A stretch of 41,801 nucleotides of DNA from Actinomycetota bacterium. GTDB lineage: Bacteria; Actinomycetota; Actinomycetes; Actinomycetales; Angustibacteraceae. The position numbers and the translations under genes are program-made. Every line of letters begins with the position of its first letter. Positions within the stretch are counted from its first letter, which is position 1. Shown piece after piece: positions 1 through 8,700 of the stretch. The notes under the pieces are model-generated. The model had not been told where the DNA came from, searched no databases, and worked only from the letters and a program-made list of their open reading frames with translations. The stretch spans positions 1-41,801 of the forward strand of contig JBKJTJ010000180.1 of NCBI GenBank assembly GCA_046590855.1, in the 5' to 3' direction.

Positions 1-1616
1 AGTCGCACCTGTGGTCGGAGTCGCTGTGCGAGCAGATGGTCGACGGCTGCGCCCCCCACATCGCCCCGGACGCGATGGCGGTGAGCGCCCTTGCCGGCGC
101 CGCGATGGCGCAGGCCATGACGATCGGTTCGTACATCGGGTTGCCGATCCGTGATGCAGACGGCGAGCTGTTCGGGACGCTGTGCGGCCTCGACCCGCTA
201 GTCCAGGACGTCGACCTACACCGGCACGCCCGCGTCCTCGGGCTGCTCTCGACGCTGCTGGGGCAGATCCTGCAGGCGGAGCCGCTGCGTCAGGACGCTC
301 GCGGTCGCGAGGCGGAGCTGCGGTGGCGGGCGTTCCACGACGACCTGACCCGGCTGCCGAACCGGGCCATGTTCGTCGACCGCCTCGAGCACGCCCTGAA
401 CCTGCACCGGCGGGACTCGCGCCCGCTCGCAGTCCTGCTGTTCGACGTGGACGACTTCAAGGCCGTCAACGACCGGCACGGTCACGCGGCCGGCGACCTG
501 CTCCTCGAGCGGGTGGCCGAGCGGCTGCGCGGGTGCGTCCGGCCGGGTGACACGCTGGCCAGGCTCGGCGGTGACGAGTTCGCCGTGCTGCTCGAGGACG
601 GCGGCGACCCGACCGTCCCGGCCGCGCGCATCCTGGATGCGCTGAAGGAGCCGGTATCGGTCGACGGCACCGACATCACGGTGGCGGTCAGCGTCGGGGT
701 GGCTCTGCTGCCTGCGGACGCCGGCTCCAGCACGGTCGACGCCCTGCTCTCGCACGCGGACATCGCGATGTACTCGGCCAAGCGTGCGGGCAAGGGCCGC
801 CTCGCCGTCTACGACCCGGTGATGCGACTGCCCGAGGCCATCGACCTGCAGCTGCGTGAGCCGCTGCGGCGGGCGATCACCAGCAGCGCGCTGCGCGCGC
901 ACTTCCAGCCGATCGTCGACCTCGAGACCGGTGAGGTCGTCGCGTACGAGGCACTGGCCCGGTGGGCCCACCAGGGTGAGTCGGTCAGCCCGGACGTCTT
1001 CATCCCGATCGCCGCGCGCGGTGGGCTGCTGCCGTCACTGACCCACACGATGCTCGAGCACGCCTGCCACCAGCTGGCGCGCTGGTCGGCCGAGGTGGGG
1101 CACGACCGGCTTCGCGTGGCGGTCAACGTGCCACCGGGCCTGATCAGCGACGCCACCTTTCCGGCTCACGTCGCGCGGGCCATCGCCCAGCACGGTCTGG
1201 CCGCGCACCAGCTCGTCCTGGAGATCACCGAGGACGCCCTGCTGACCGACCTGGACGGCACGCGCGAGGTCACCACCGAGCTGCGTGAGCTGGGCGCGAA
1301 CCTGTCGCTCGACGACTTCGGCACGGGCTACTCCTCGTTGGTGCACCTGCGGCGCATCCCGCTGGACTCCCTGAAGATCGACCGCGGGTTCACCAACGAC
1401 GTCGACACCAACCCCGACACCGAGCGTTTCATGCGCGCCCTGCTGGCACTGGGCCGTGACCTGAACCTGCGGGTCATCGTCGAGGGCGTCGAACGGCAGT
1501 CCCAGGCGGACGTCCTTCGCCGGCTGGGCTGCACCCACGCCCAGGGCTTCCTGTTCGGCCGACCTGGGCACGGTACGGACGTCGGGCCGGCACCCATGCC
1601 GGGCCTGCTCAGGTGA
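1..1616 (+). CDS. GAF(partial)-GGDEF-EAL c-di-GMP signalling protein. The 5' end runs off the window: the frame is open from nt 3 and the first ATG is at 36.
   Basis: Motifs in translation: I-site plus active site 'RPGDTLARLGGDEF'; EAL-domain motifs 'YEALARW', 'DDFGTGYSSL', 'EGVE...QGFLFGRP'. There is no stop between nt 3 and ATG 36. Third codon positions are G/C-rich. Confidence 0.9.
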   Translation, partial: SHLWSESLCEQMVDGCAPHIAPDAMAVSALAGAAMAQAMTIGSYIGLPIRDADGELFGTLCGLDPLVQDVDLHRHARVLGLLSTLLGQILQAEPLRQDARGREAELRWRAFHDDLTRLPNRAMFVDRLEHALNLHRRDSRPLAVLLFDVDDFKAVNDRHGHAAGDLLLERVAERLRGCVRPGDTLARLGGDEFAVLLEDGGDPTVPAARILDALKEPVSVDGTDITVAVSVGVALLPADAGSSTVDALLSHADIAMYSAKRAGKGRLAVYDPVMRLPEAIDLQLREPLRRAITSSALRAHFQPIVDLETGEVVAYEALARWAHQGESVSPDVFIPIAARGGLLPSLTHTMLEHACHQLARWSAEVGHDRLRVAVNVPPGLISDATFPAHVARAIAQHGLAAHQLVLEITEDALLTDLDGTREVTTELRELGANLSLDDFGTGYSSLVHLRRIPLDSLKIDRGFTNDVDTNPDTERFMRALLALGRDLNLRVIVEGVERQSQADVLRRLGCTHAQGFLFGRPGHGTDVGPAPMPGLLR

Positions 1617-2958
1617 CCCTGGACCGCTTGCGGGAGTACATGTCGCGGTCGGCCCGGCGCAGCAGGTCCTCGGCGCCGGTGGCTGCAGTGACGGCGCTGG
1701 GGACGCTCTGCACCGCGATGCCGACGCTGGCTGAGACGGTGCGACCGTCCACGACGGGGATCCGCGTGACGGCGCGCCGATAGCGGTCAGCCACCTGCAC
1801 GGCCACCTGCTCGTCCGGCAGATGCAGGGCGATGACGAACTCGTCCCCGCCCAGGCGTGCCACGACGTCCCCGGTCCGAGCCGTGTTCTCCAGCCTGCGC
1901 GCCAGCTCACGCAGGACGTCGTCGCCCACTCCGTGTCCGTAGTCGTCGTTGACGGCCTTGAAGTCGTCCACGTCGACGAACAGCAGGGCCAGCACACCGC
2001 CGTCCGCGCCGGTGAGCGCGTCGGTGAGGCGAGCGTTCAGGTAGGCCCGGTTGTAGAGGCCGGTGAGCGCGTCGTGCGTGGCCGCGTGGCGCAGGCGGGT
2101 GCCCTCGGTGTGCGAGTCGGTGACGTCGCGCGAGATGGCGAGCACGGCGACGACGTCGCCGTCCGGCCCGATCTCGGGGATCAGGTGGGTGGCGAACCAC
2201 CGGGCGATCCCGTGGATCACGTGCTCACTGAGCAGCTCGTGCGCCTGCGCGTCCGTGACGACCTGGGCGAGGCCGGCTTCCCAGACGGACAGGACTGCCT
2301 CCGGGTGGCCCATCTCGCGCAGGGTGCGCCCGATGACGTCCTCGACGGGGCCGGCGATGAGCCGCTGGGCCGCGCGGTTGAGCGAGACGTACCTGCCTCG
2401 GCGGTCGAACCGCACGATGGAGTCCGGGCTGAGGTCGATCAGCGTGCGCGCCTCGGCCTCGGCGAGCTCGAGCGCCAGCTTGGCCGCGGCCAGCTGCTCG
2501 AACGCCTCGTGCGCCCGTCGCTCGGCCTCGACGCGGCCGGTGATGTCGCGAGAGATGCCGTAGGTGCCGAACACGCGCCCCTCGGCGTCGCGCAGGGGCA
2601 GCTTGGTGGTGCTCACCCAGGTGGTGCTGCCGTCGGGCCAGACCTGCTGCTCGTCGACGTGCAGCGCCTCACCGGTGCGCATCACCCCCTGCTCCTGGGC
2701 CGCGGCGAGCGCCGCGTGCTCGGGGGCGTAGTGATCGGCGTCGCTCGTCCCGAGCAGGCCGGCGTTGTGGGCGCGCAGCGCGTCGGCCGCGCCGCGGCTC
2801 AGCCGCAGGTAGCGGCCGTCGGCGTCCTTGAAGTAGACGATGTCGTGCGGGGTGGCCAGGAGGTTGAGAAAGAGCACCTGGTCGACGGCGGGCTCGCTGA
2901 GCCCGGCGTCGTCGATGTCATCGCGGTCGGACAAACGGTCTCCAGGGTGTGGCTTCAT
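1609..2958 (-). CDS. PAS-PAS-GGDEF diguanylate cyclase (449 aa from ATG at 2958, 'MKPHPGDRLS')
   Basis: Two PAS-like segments ('DIVYFKDADGRYLRLSRGAADAL', 'SIVRFDRRGRYVSLNRAAQRL'), then 'HDALTGLYNR' and 'RTGDVVARLGGDEFVIAL'. The longer ORF reaching 3606 is antisense to the PPOX gene and has Arg/Gly/Pro junk composition, so the internal ATG was chosen. Confidence 0.88.
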   Translation of the reverse strand: MKPHPGDRLSDRDDIDDAGLSEPAVDQVLFLNLLATPHDIVYFKDADGRYLRLSRGAADALRAHNAGLLGTSDADHYAPEHAALAAAQEQGVMRTGEALHVDEQQVWPDGSTTWVSTTKLPLRDAEGRVFGTYGISRDITGRVEAERRAHEAFEQLAAAKLALELAEAEARTLIDLSPDSIVRFDRRGRYVSLNRAAQRLIAGPVEDVIGRTLREMGHPEAVLSVWEAGLAQVVTDAQAHELLSEHVIHGIARWFATHLIPEIGPDGDVVAVLAISRDVTDSHTEGTRLRHAATHDALTGLYNRAYLNARLTDALTGADGGVLALLFVDVDDFKAVNDDYGHGVGDDVLRELARRLENTARTGDVVARLGGDEFVIALHLPDEQVAVQVADRYRRAVTRIPVVDGRTVSASVGIAVQSVPSAVTAATGAEDLLRRADRDMYSRKRSRVT

Positions 2959-3072
2959 CCGTCCCCGGTATAGCACGTCCGTCACCCGTGGCCCGGTCCC
3001 TCGGCGCGGTACCCGCTGAAGATCACCATCACCTGGCAGGACAGCGGGCCGGCCGGACGCCAGACTGACGCC

Positions 3073-3465
3073 ATGGACCTCCCCGACGAGCTGATCGCTC
3101 TGCTGCGCCAGGCCAGCACCTGCTACATCGCGACGACGATGCCCGACGGTTCGCCGCAGCTGACCCAGACGTGGGTCGACACCGACGGCGAGCACGTCGT
3201 CATCAACACGGTGCGCGGCTACCAGAAGGACAAGAACATCGCGCGCGACAACCGCGTGGCCGTGTCGGTCAACGGCACCGACAACCCGACGAGGTACTTC
3301 TCGGTGCGGGGGACCGTCGTGGACGTGACGACCGAGGGGGCGGTCGAGCACATCGAGGCCCTGTCGCAGCGCTACACGGGCCAGCCCTATCCCTGGTACG
3401 GCGGGCGCGACCAGCAGCGGATCATCCTGACGATCGCCGCTGACCGCATCCACACCATGGGGTAG
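3073..3465 (+). CDS. PPOX-class (pyridoxamine-5'-phosphate-oxidase-like, probably F420-dependent) small oxidoreductase
   Basis: The 130-aa product has the typical family signature 'LLRQASTCYIATTMPDGSPQLTQTWVDTDGEHVVINT...KDKNIARDNRVAVSV'. Size and layout match Rv1155-type split-barrel proteins. Confidence 0.78.
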   Translation: MDLPDELIALLRQASTCYIATTMPDGSPQLTQTWVDTDGEHVVINTVRGYQKDKNIARDNRVAVSVNGTDNPTRYFSVRGTVVDVTTEGAVEHIEALSQRYTGQPYPWYGGRDQQRIILTIAADRIHTMG

Positions 3466-3607
3466 ATGGCCCCGGGTAAACCTGTCGACCGATAGCCGAG
3501 ATGGGGACACACTCGGCGTCGACCGACGTACCCGAGCAGGAGGACCACCAGCATGCGAGCGGCTCCCGCGCACCGGACCCCCATCCGTCCTGCCGTGGAG
3601 CTGCACC

Positions 3608-5569
3608 GTGTCCTACCTCAACCTCGGGATCGTCGCGCACGTCGACGCCGGTAAGACCAGCCTGACCGAGCGCCTGCTCTACGAGGCCGGGGTGCTCGAC
3701 GCCCCCGGCAGCGTCGACCAGGGCACCACCCGCACCGACTCGATGGACCTCGAGCGCCGGCGCGGCATCACGATCCGCGCGTCCGTGACCTCGTTCGCGA
3801 TCGGCGACCTGCAGGTCACCGTCGTCGACACCCCCGGCCACCCGGACTTCGTGGCCGAGGTCGAGCGGTCGCTCACGGTGCTCGACGCCGCCGTGCTCGT
3901 GGTCTCGGCGGTCGAGGGCGTGCAGCCGCAGACCGTCGTGATCTGGCGCGCGCTGTGCCGGATCGGCGTCCCAACGGTGCTGATGGTGAACAAGGTCGAC
4001 CGCGCTGGCTCGGACGTGGCGCGTGCTCTCGACCAGGTGGCCCGTCGGCTGACGCCCCACGTGGTGGTCCTCGCCACCGTCGCGGGCGAGGGACGCCGGG
4101 ATGCAGCGGTGCACGCCGTGCCGCTGACCGACCCGACGGTGGTGGAGTCGGTGGCCGACGTCGACGACCGGGTGCTCGCCCGATGGGTCGACGGCGCGCC
4201 CGCCCGTGAGCAGGACGTCCTCGGGGCGCTGCGGCGCGGTGTGCTCGCTGGTGCTCTCACGCCTGTGGTCGTCGGCTCCGCCGCGACCGGTGCGGGGATG
4301 CTCCAGCTGCGTGGGGTGCTCCGTGAGGTGCTGCCCCGCGCGGACGAGACATGCGGCCCAGCTGCCGCAACGGTTTTCGCAGTCGATCGCCACGGCGGCG
4401 GACGGCGGGCCTGGGTGCGGCTGTGGTCGGGCGAGCTCGCGGCGCGCGACCGCGTCGAGCTGCCCGGTCGCCGTCCGTGCCGGGTCACCGAGGTCGCGGT
4501 CAGTGAGGCCGGTGGCCCACGGGTTCGCAGCTCGGCGCGGGGCGGTCAGGTGGCCGTCCTGCGCGGGCTGTCGCAGGTCCGCGTCGGGGACGTCATCGGT
4601 CGAGCACCGGCGCGGCGCGAGCACCGCTTCGCGCCGCCGACGATGCAGGCGCTCGTCGAGCCGGTCGACCCGACGAAGCGTTCCGCCCTGTTCGCCGCGT
4701 TGAGCGAGCTCGCCGGGGAGGACCCGCTGATCGACCTGCGGCTCGACCCGGTGGGCGGCGAGGCCGCGGTCAGCCTGCACGGCGAGGTGCAGAAGGAGGT
4801 CATCGCCGCACTGCTGGACGAGAGGTACGGCGTGCGGGCACGGTTCCTGGCGACGTCCGTCGTGTGCCTGGAGCGGGTGGCGGGCACCGGTTCGTCGATC
4901 GAGCGACTGGGGCAGGACGAGAACCCCTACCTGGCCACGGTCGGGCTGCGCATCGAGGCCGCTGTCGTCGGTCACGGGGTCGAGTTCTCGCCGGGGGTCG
5001 AGCGTGGCAACCTGCCGCCCGCGTTCATCGCGGCGACCGAGGAGGGCGTCAGATCGGCGCTGCGACAGGGCTTGCACGGTTGGCAGGTCACCGACTGCGT
5101 GGTCACGATGACGGCGTCCGGCTACTACCCGCGCCAGAGCCGGCCGCACCAGAAGTTCGACAAGGCCATGTCGAGCGTCGGCGCGGACTTCCGCCACCTC
5201 ACGCCGGTCGTCCTGATGTCTGCGTTGGAGTACGCCGGAACCGTTGTCTGCCAACCGATCGAGCAGATCGATATCGAGGTTCCGGACGCAGCGATCAGCG
5301 GCGTCAGTGCGTTGCTCGGCCGGTTGCGGGGCACCGTGGTGGAGTCGACGTGGCACCATGACCGCACGAGGTTCATCGCGAGGCTGCCGTCCGCGCGGGT
5401 CCCCGAACTGGCCCGAGCGCTGCCGGACCTGACGGGAGGCGAGGCGGTGCTCGTCACGCACCTGGACCACCACGCGCCGGTCCCGGGTGACGAGGACCCG
5501 CCGTCCCGTCGCCGCGCGGGGGTCGACCCGCGTGATCGCGCCTCGTGGTTTCGTGACGTGGCGCGGTGA
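3608..5569 (+). CDS. Tet(M)/Tet(O)/OtrA-like ribosomal protection protein (EF-G-like translational GTPase)
   Basis: G1 'AHVDAGKTS', the RPP hallmark 'GSVDQGTTRTDSMDLERRRGITI', G3 'DTPGH', G4 'NKVD'. Length is 653 aa. GTG start has GGAG 8 nt upstream. Confidence 0.85.
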   Translation: MSYLNLGIVAHVDAGKTSLTERLLYEAGVLDAPGSVDQGTTRTDSMDLERRRGITIRASVTSFAIGDLQVTVVDTPGHPDFVAEVERSLTVLDAAVLVVSAVEGVQPQTVVIWRALCRIGVPTVLMVNKVDRAGSDVARALDQVARRLTPHVVVLATVAGEGRRDAAVHAVPLTDPTVVESVADVDDRVLARWVDGAPAREQDVLGALRRGVLAGALTPVVVGSAATGAGMLQLRGVLREVLPRADETCGPAAATVFAVDRHGGGRRAWVRLWSGELAARDRVELPGRRPCRVTEVAVSEAGGPRVRSSARGGQVAVLRGLSQVRVGDVIGRAPARREHRFAPPTMQALVEPVDPTKRSALFAALSELAGEDPLIDLRLDPVGGEAAVSLHGEVQKEVIAALLDERYGVRARFLATSVVCLERVAGTGSSIERLGQDENPYLATVGLRIEAAVVGHGVEFSPGVERGNLPPAFIAATEEGVRSALRQGLHGWQVTDCVVTMTASGYYPRQSRPHQKFDKAMSSVGADFRHLTPVVLMSALEYAGTVVCQPIEQIDIEVPDAAISGVSALLGRLRGTVVESTWHHDRTRFIARLPSARVPELARALPDLTGGEAVLVTHLDHHAPVPGDEDPPSRRRAGVDPRDRASWFRDVAR

Positions 5570-5740
5570 CCGGGCAAAACCGACAACATGCCGTCGACTG
5601 TTGCCAGATGATCTTGGTCGGTGCTTGCATGGGCGAACTCGACCGAGCCGAACCCGGCCACGCCACCCCTCACCACCCCCGAGTGCCGAGGCGTTGACGA
5701 GCTCCCACCGGCGAGCGTCCGCAAGCGGGGATGTGACGCG

Positions 5741-8700
5741 ATGTCGTTGTGGGACCAGCTGCCCAGCTCGCTGCGCGACGCGGGCGACCTGGATGGGCTG
5801 CGTCCGCTGCTGGACGGGTTGGACGGCACGGGGCCGACCGAGACCACCGACGCCGACGGCACGTGGTCGACGTACACGGCGACGCAGGACCTCACCGGGC
5901 CGCTCTCGCTGGACCCGCGCACGGGCGCGTTCTCGTCGTCCAGCGGCTCGACCGGAACCCCCATCGAGCTGCCCGACCCGCACGTCGGCGTCGAGCTGTC
6001 GTTCCACCTGACCCTCGGTGCGCGAGACGGTGGGTGGAAGGTCGTGCTCGCGGCGCCCTCGGTGCGACTGCGGCTGCCGTTCCTGCGCGGCGCGATGCTC
6101 GACTCGTTCGGCCACCTCCGCGCCGACCCCGCGAACCCGACCGTCGCGTTCACCCTGCCCGCACTGCGACTTCGCGTGCGCCAGCTGGCGGGACGGGGTG
6201 TAGGCGTCGACCTCCTGTCGGCCACCACGAGCGGCAGCGCCGTCGACCAGGTCTACGAGTTCGTCGAGATGAGCCCGCCCTACGCCTTGATCGGGCCCTC
6301 CGACGTCGTCGGTTTCGGCTTTCGCACCGCGGTGCTGGATCTGTCCGGAACCGCCGGCCCGTCCGGCGTCCCGGCTGCGGCGCGGGCGATGCCGACCGAC
6401 TGGCAGGGGCTCTACCTTCCCGAGGTGCGCCTGTTCGTCGCGCCCGAGGGGCTCGAGGGTCTCGCGGTGTTCGCCGGCGTCGAGAACCTGTGGATCGGCG
6501 TCGGCGTCCACGAGGGCGTCACCGGGGTCTTCGAGGCCGAGGTCGTCAACCGTGGTCACGTGCCGACCATCGTCGCGAGGTTCATGACCGCTGCGGGACA
6601 GGCGGTCTCGTTCACCGGCGACACCGCCCTGCTGCCCGAGCACACCACCGTGTACGCCGAGGCGTCCGGGGGGCTCGGCTCGTACGACGTGCGGATCGAC
6701 GCCGCCGGCGCGGTCGCGAGCAGCGACCGCGCCCCGGTCACCACGCCGGCGGCGGGGACCGCGGCCGTCACGATCAGCCTGCTGACCCCCGGGACGTCGA
6801 CCGTCGTCACCTCGCGCACGATCACGGTGACACGCAGCACCGCGGCGGTCGGCACCGGTGCGTCAGCCGGCGACGTCACGCTTCGGACGACCTCGCACGA
6901 GACGGTGGCGCTCGCACTGGTCTCCCGGACCACCACGTCCGTGCGCGTCCGCCTGACCAACGGCGTGAGCGCGACCTGGACCTGGCCGGGCGGGACGTCG
7001 ACCGGCACCTCCGCCGACGTCCCGGTCGTGGCCGGTGCGCCCGTTTCGGTGCAGGCGCAGACGACGGTGGGGCAGGTGCAGTCCCTGGACGCGTACTTCC
7101 GGTACGACCACCCGTTCCCGGCCGAGGGCGGGGACTGGGTGCGCAACCCGGCGAACGTCGGCACCGAAGCGGCGGCGGACGCCCAGCACCAGCCGGCCGG
7201 TGTCTCCTTCGTGACGGACGCCGCCGCCCGGCTGGGCACCATCGGCGCAGCGACCCGGCTGACGGTCAGTGGTTACGCCTCGTACGAGGGGCACGACGAC
7301 TCGGCCACGGTCGCCCACAACCGGAGCCTGAGCGAGCGACGACGAGCTGCCATGCGCACCGCGCTGACCCAGGCTGGGTTCACGAACCTCGCCGACGGCA
7401 CCGCGAACGGTGCGACCGAGGCCCAGAGCCGGACGTCGGTGGATGGTCGCGATGCCCCGCCACCGACGTCCGGACGGTGGTGGCGAGCGAGAGCTGTCGG
7501 CGACGCACCGCCCGCGGCCGTGACCGTCACCGGCGAGCTCCTGCGGCGCGTGGCCACTCCACCGTCAGCCGTCGACCCCACTCCGCCGCGCGCCGCGCCG
7601 CCGGACTGCTTCCACCGGCTGGGCGTCCGCGTCGAGCTGGTGCGCTCGACGTTCGTGCGCTGCGAGGTGTACGGCGAGATCGACATCGAGACGGCGGCCG
7701 AGTCCCAGCTGCGGCGCAAGGGTCAGCCCGCGCTGGGCAGCACGGCCAACCCGGACGACGGGATCTGCACGTTCCTCGCCCGCCTGCGGATCGCCGCTGA
7801 CCAGGGCTCGTGGGAGGTCAGCGCTGAGTTCCGCGCCAAGGACAGCGACCTCGACGGGCTGTGGGAGCGCAGGGACAGCAACACCAACCAGCTGGCGCTG
7901 GACGTCCTCGGCGCGCTCAGCGTCCTCGCCCCGTTGTCGTCCGCGGCGACCGAGCTGTCGCCGGCGGCAGGGGCGGTCGTCGAGCTGGGGTCGCTCGCCC
8001 TGGGAGCCAGCGACCTGATCCACACCAAGCGGTTGACGCTGCGCGGCGCCGAGGTGATCGTCTCTCAGGGCGTGCTGGGCGCCGACGGCATCACCACCGT
8101 GGCGAACCAGGGAACCCAGGTCAGCGTGCTCTTCGACATCGAGGTGGCCTTCCACTTCGACCTGACGATCATCAAGGTCGACCCCGCGAAGCCCATCGTG
8201 ACGCGGTACAAGGCGATCGGCGTCCGCTCCCGCTGGGGCGAGCAGCCCGGCGCGGGTGCCGTCGTCGACTACGTCCCGCTCCCCGTCTTCGACCCCAGCC
8301 GCGGGTACTCCCTCGACATCCCGGCCGGCAGCCTGACCGCCGCACCGCCCCTGGACGAGGTGCTGCGGATCCTGGGCGTCAAGGTCAGCAGGCAGAACCC
8401 GACCTACCTCGAGGTCGAGGTGGGCCTCGGCCTCGACCTCGGCGTGGTCAAGGTCGACACGGTGCGGGTGCGGGCCCGGGTGGACGGGCCACCACTGGAC
8501 CTGCAGCTCACCAAGTTCGGCGCCAGCGTCGACATCCCGAACGTGATCACCGGCCGCGGGTACCTCGCCTTCGACAGCACCGGCTTCTCGGGGTCCTTCG
8601 ACATCCAGGTCATCCCGCTGAAGCTGCGGGCGAGCGCGAGCCTGGCGGTGCACCGCGACCAGGTCGCGGGCGTCACCGGTGTGCTGCTGGGGATCGAGGT

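Noticed and set aside
2959-3606. Upstream 216 codons of the 665-aa minus ORF (would make the PAS-GGDEF protein longer)
   Set aside because: It is antisense to the well-supported PPOX gene and has junk composition. The PAS-GGDEF homology begins after ATG 2958.
5621-5740. GTG-initiated 40-aa N-terminal extension of the giant ORF
   Set aside because: The extension ('MLAWANSTEPNPATPPLTTPECRG...') is low-complexity and overlaps the A/T-richer promoter-like stretch. ATG 5741 has an SD-like GCGGGGA upstream. The longer start cannot be excluded without data.
5570-5740. Specific -35/-10 promoter call for the giant operon (e.g. TTGCCA at about 5602 or TTGACG at about 5693)
   Set aside because: No acceptable TANNNT -10 lies at correct spacing from either hexamer. 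Only the general promoter-like drop in G+C is noted.
3422-6643. 1073-aa minus-strand ORF spanning the PPOX end, the whole RPP-like gene and the start of the giant gene
   Set aside because: This is a typical high-G+C shadow ORF. Its composition is Arg/Gly/Asp/Pro-rich and low-complexity, with no motifs. The opposite strand encodes a protein with an unmistakable GTPase/RPP motif set.
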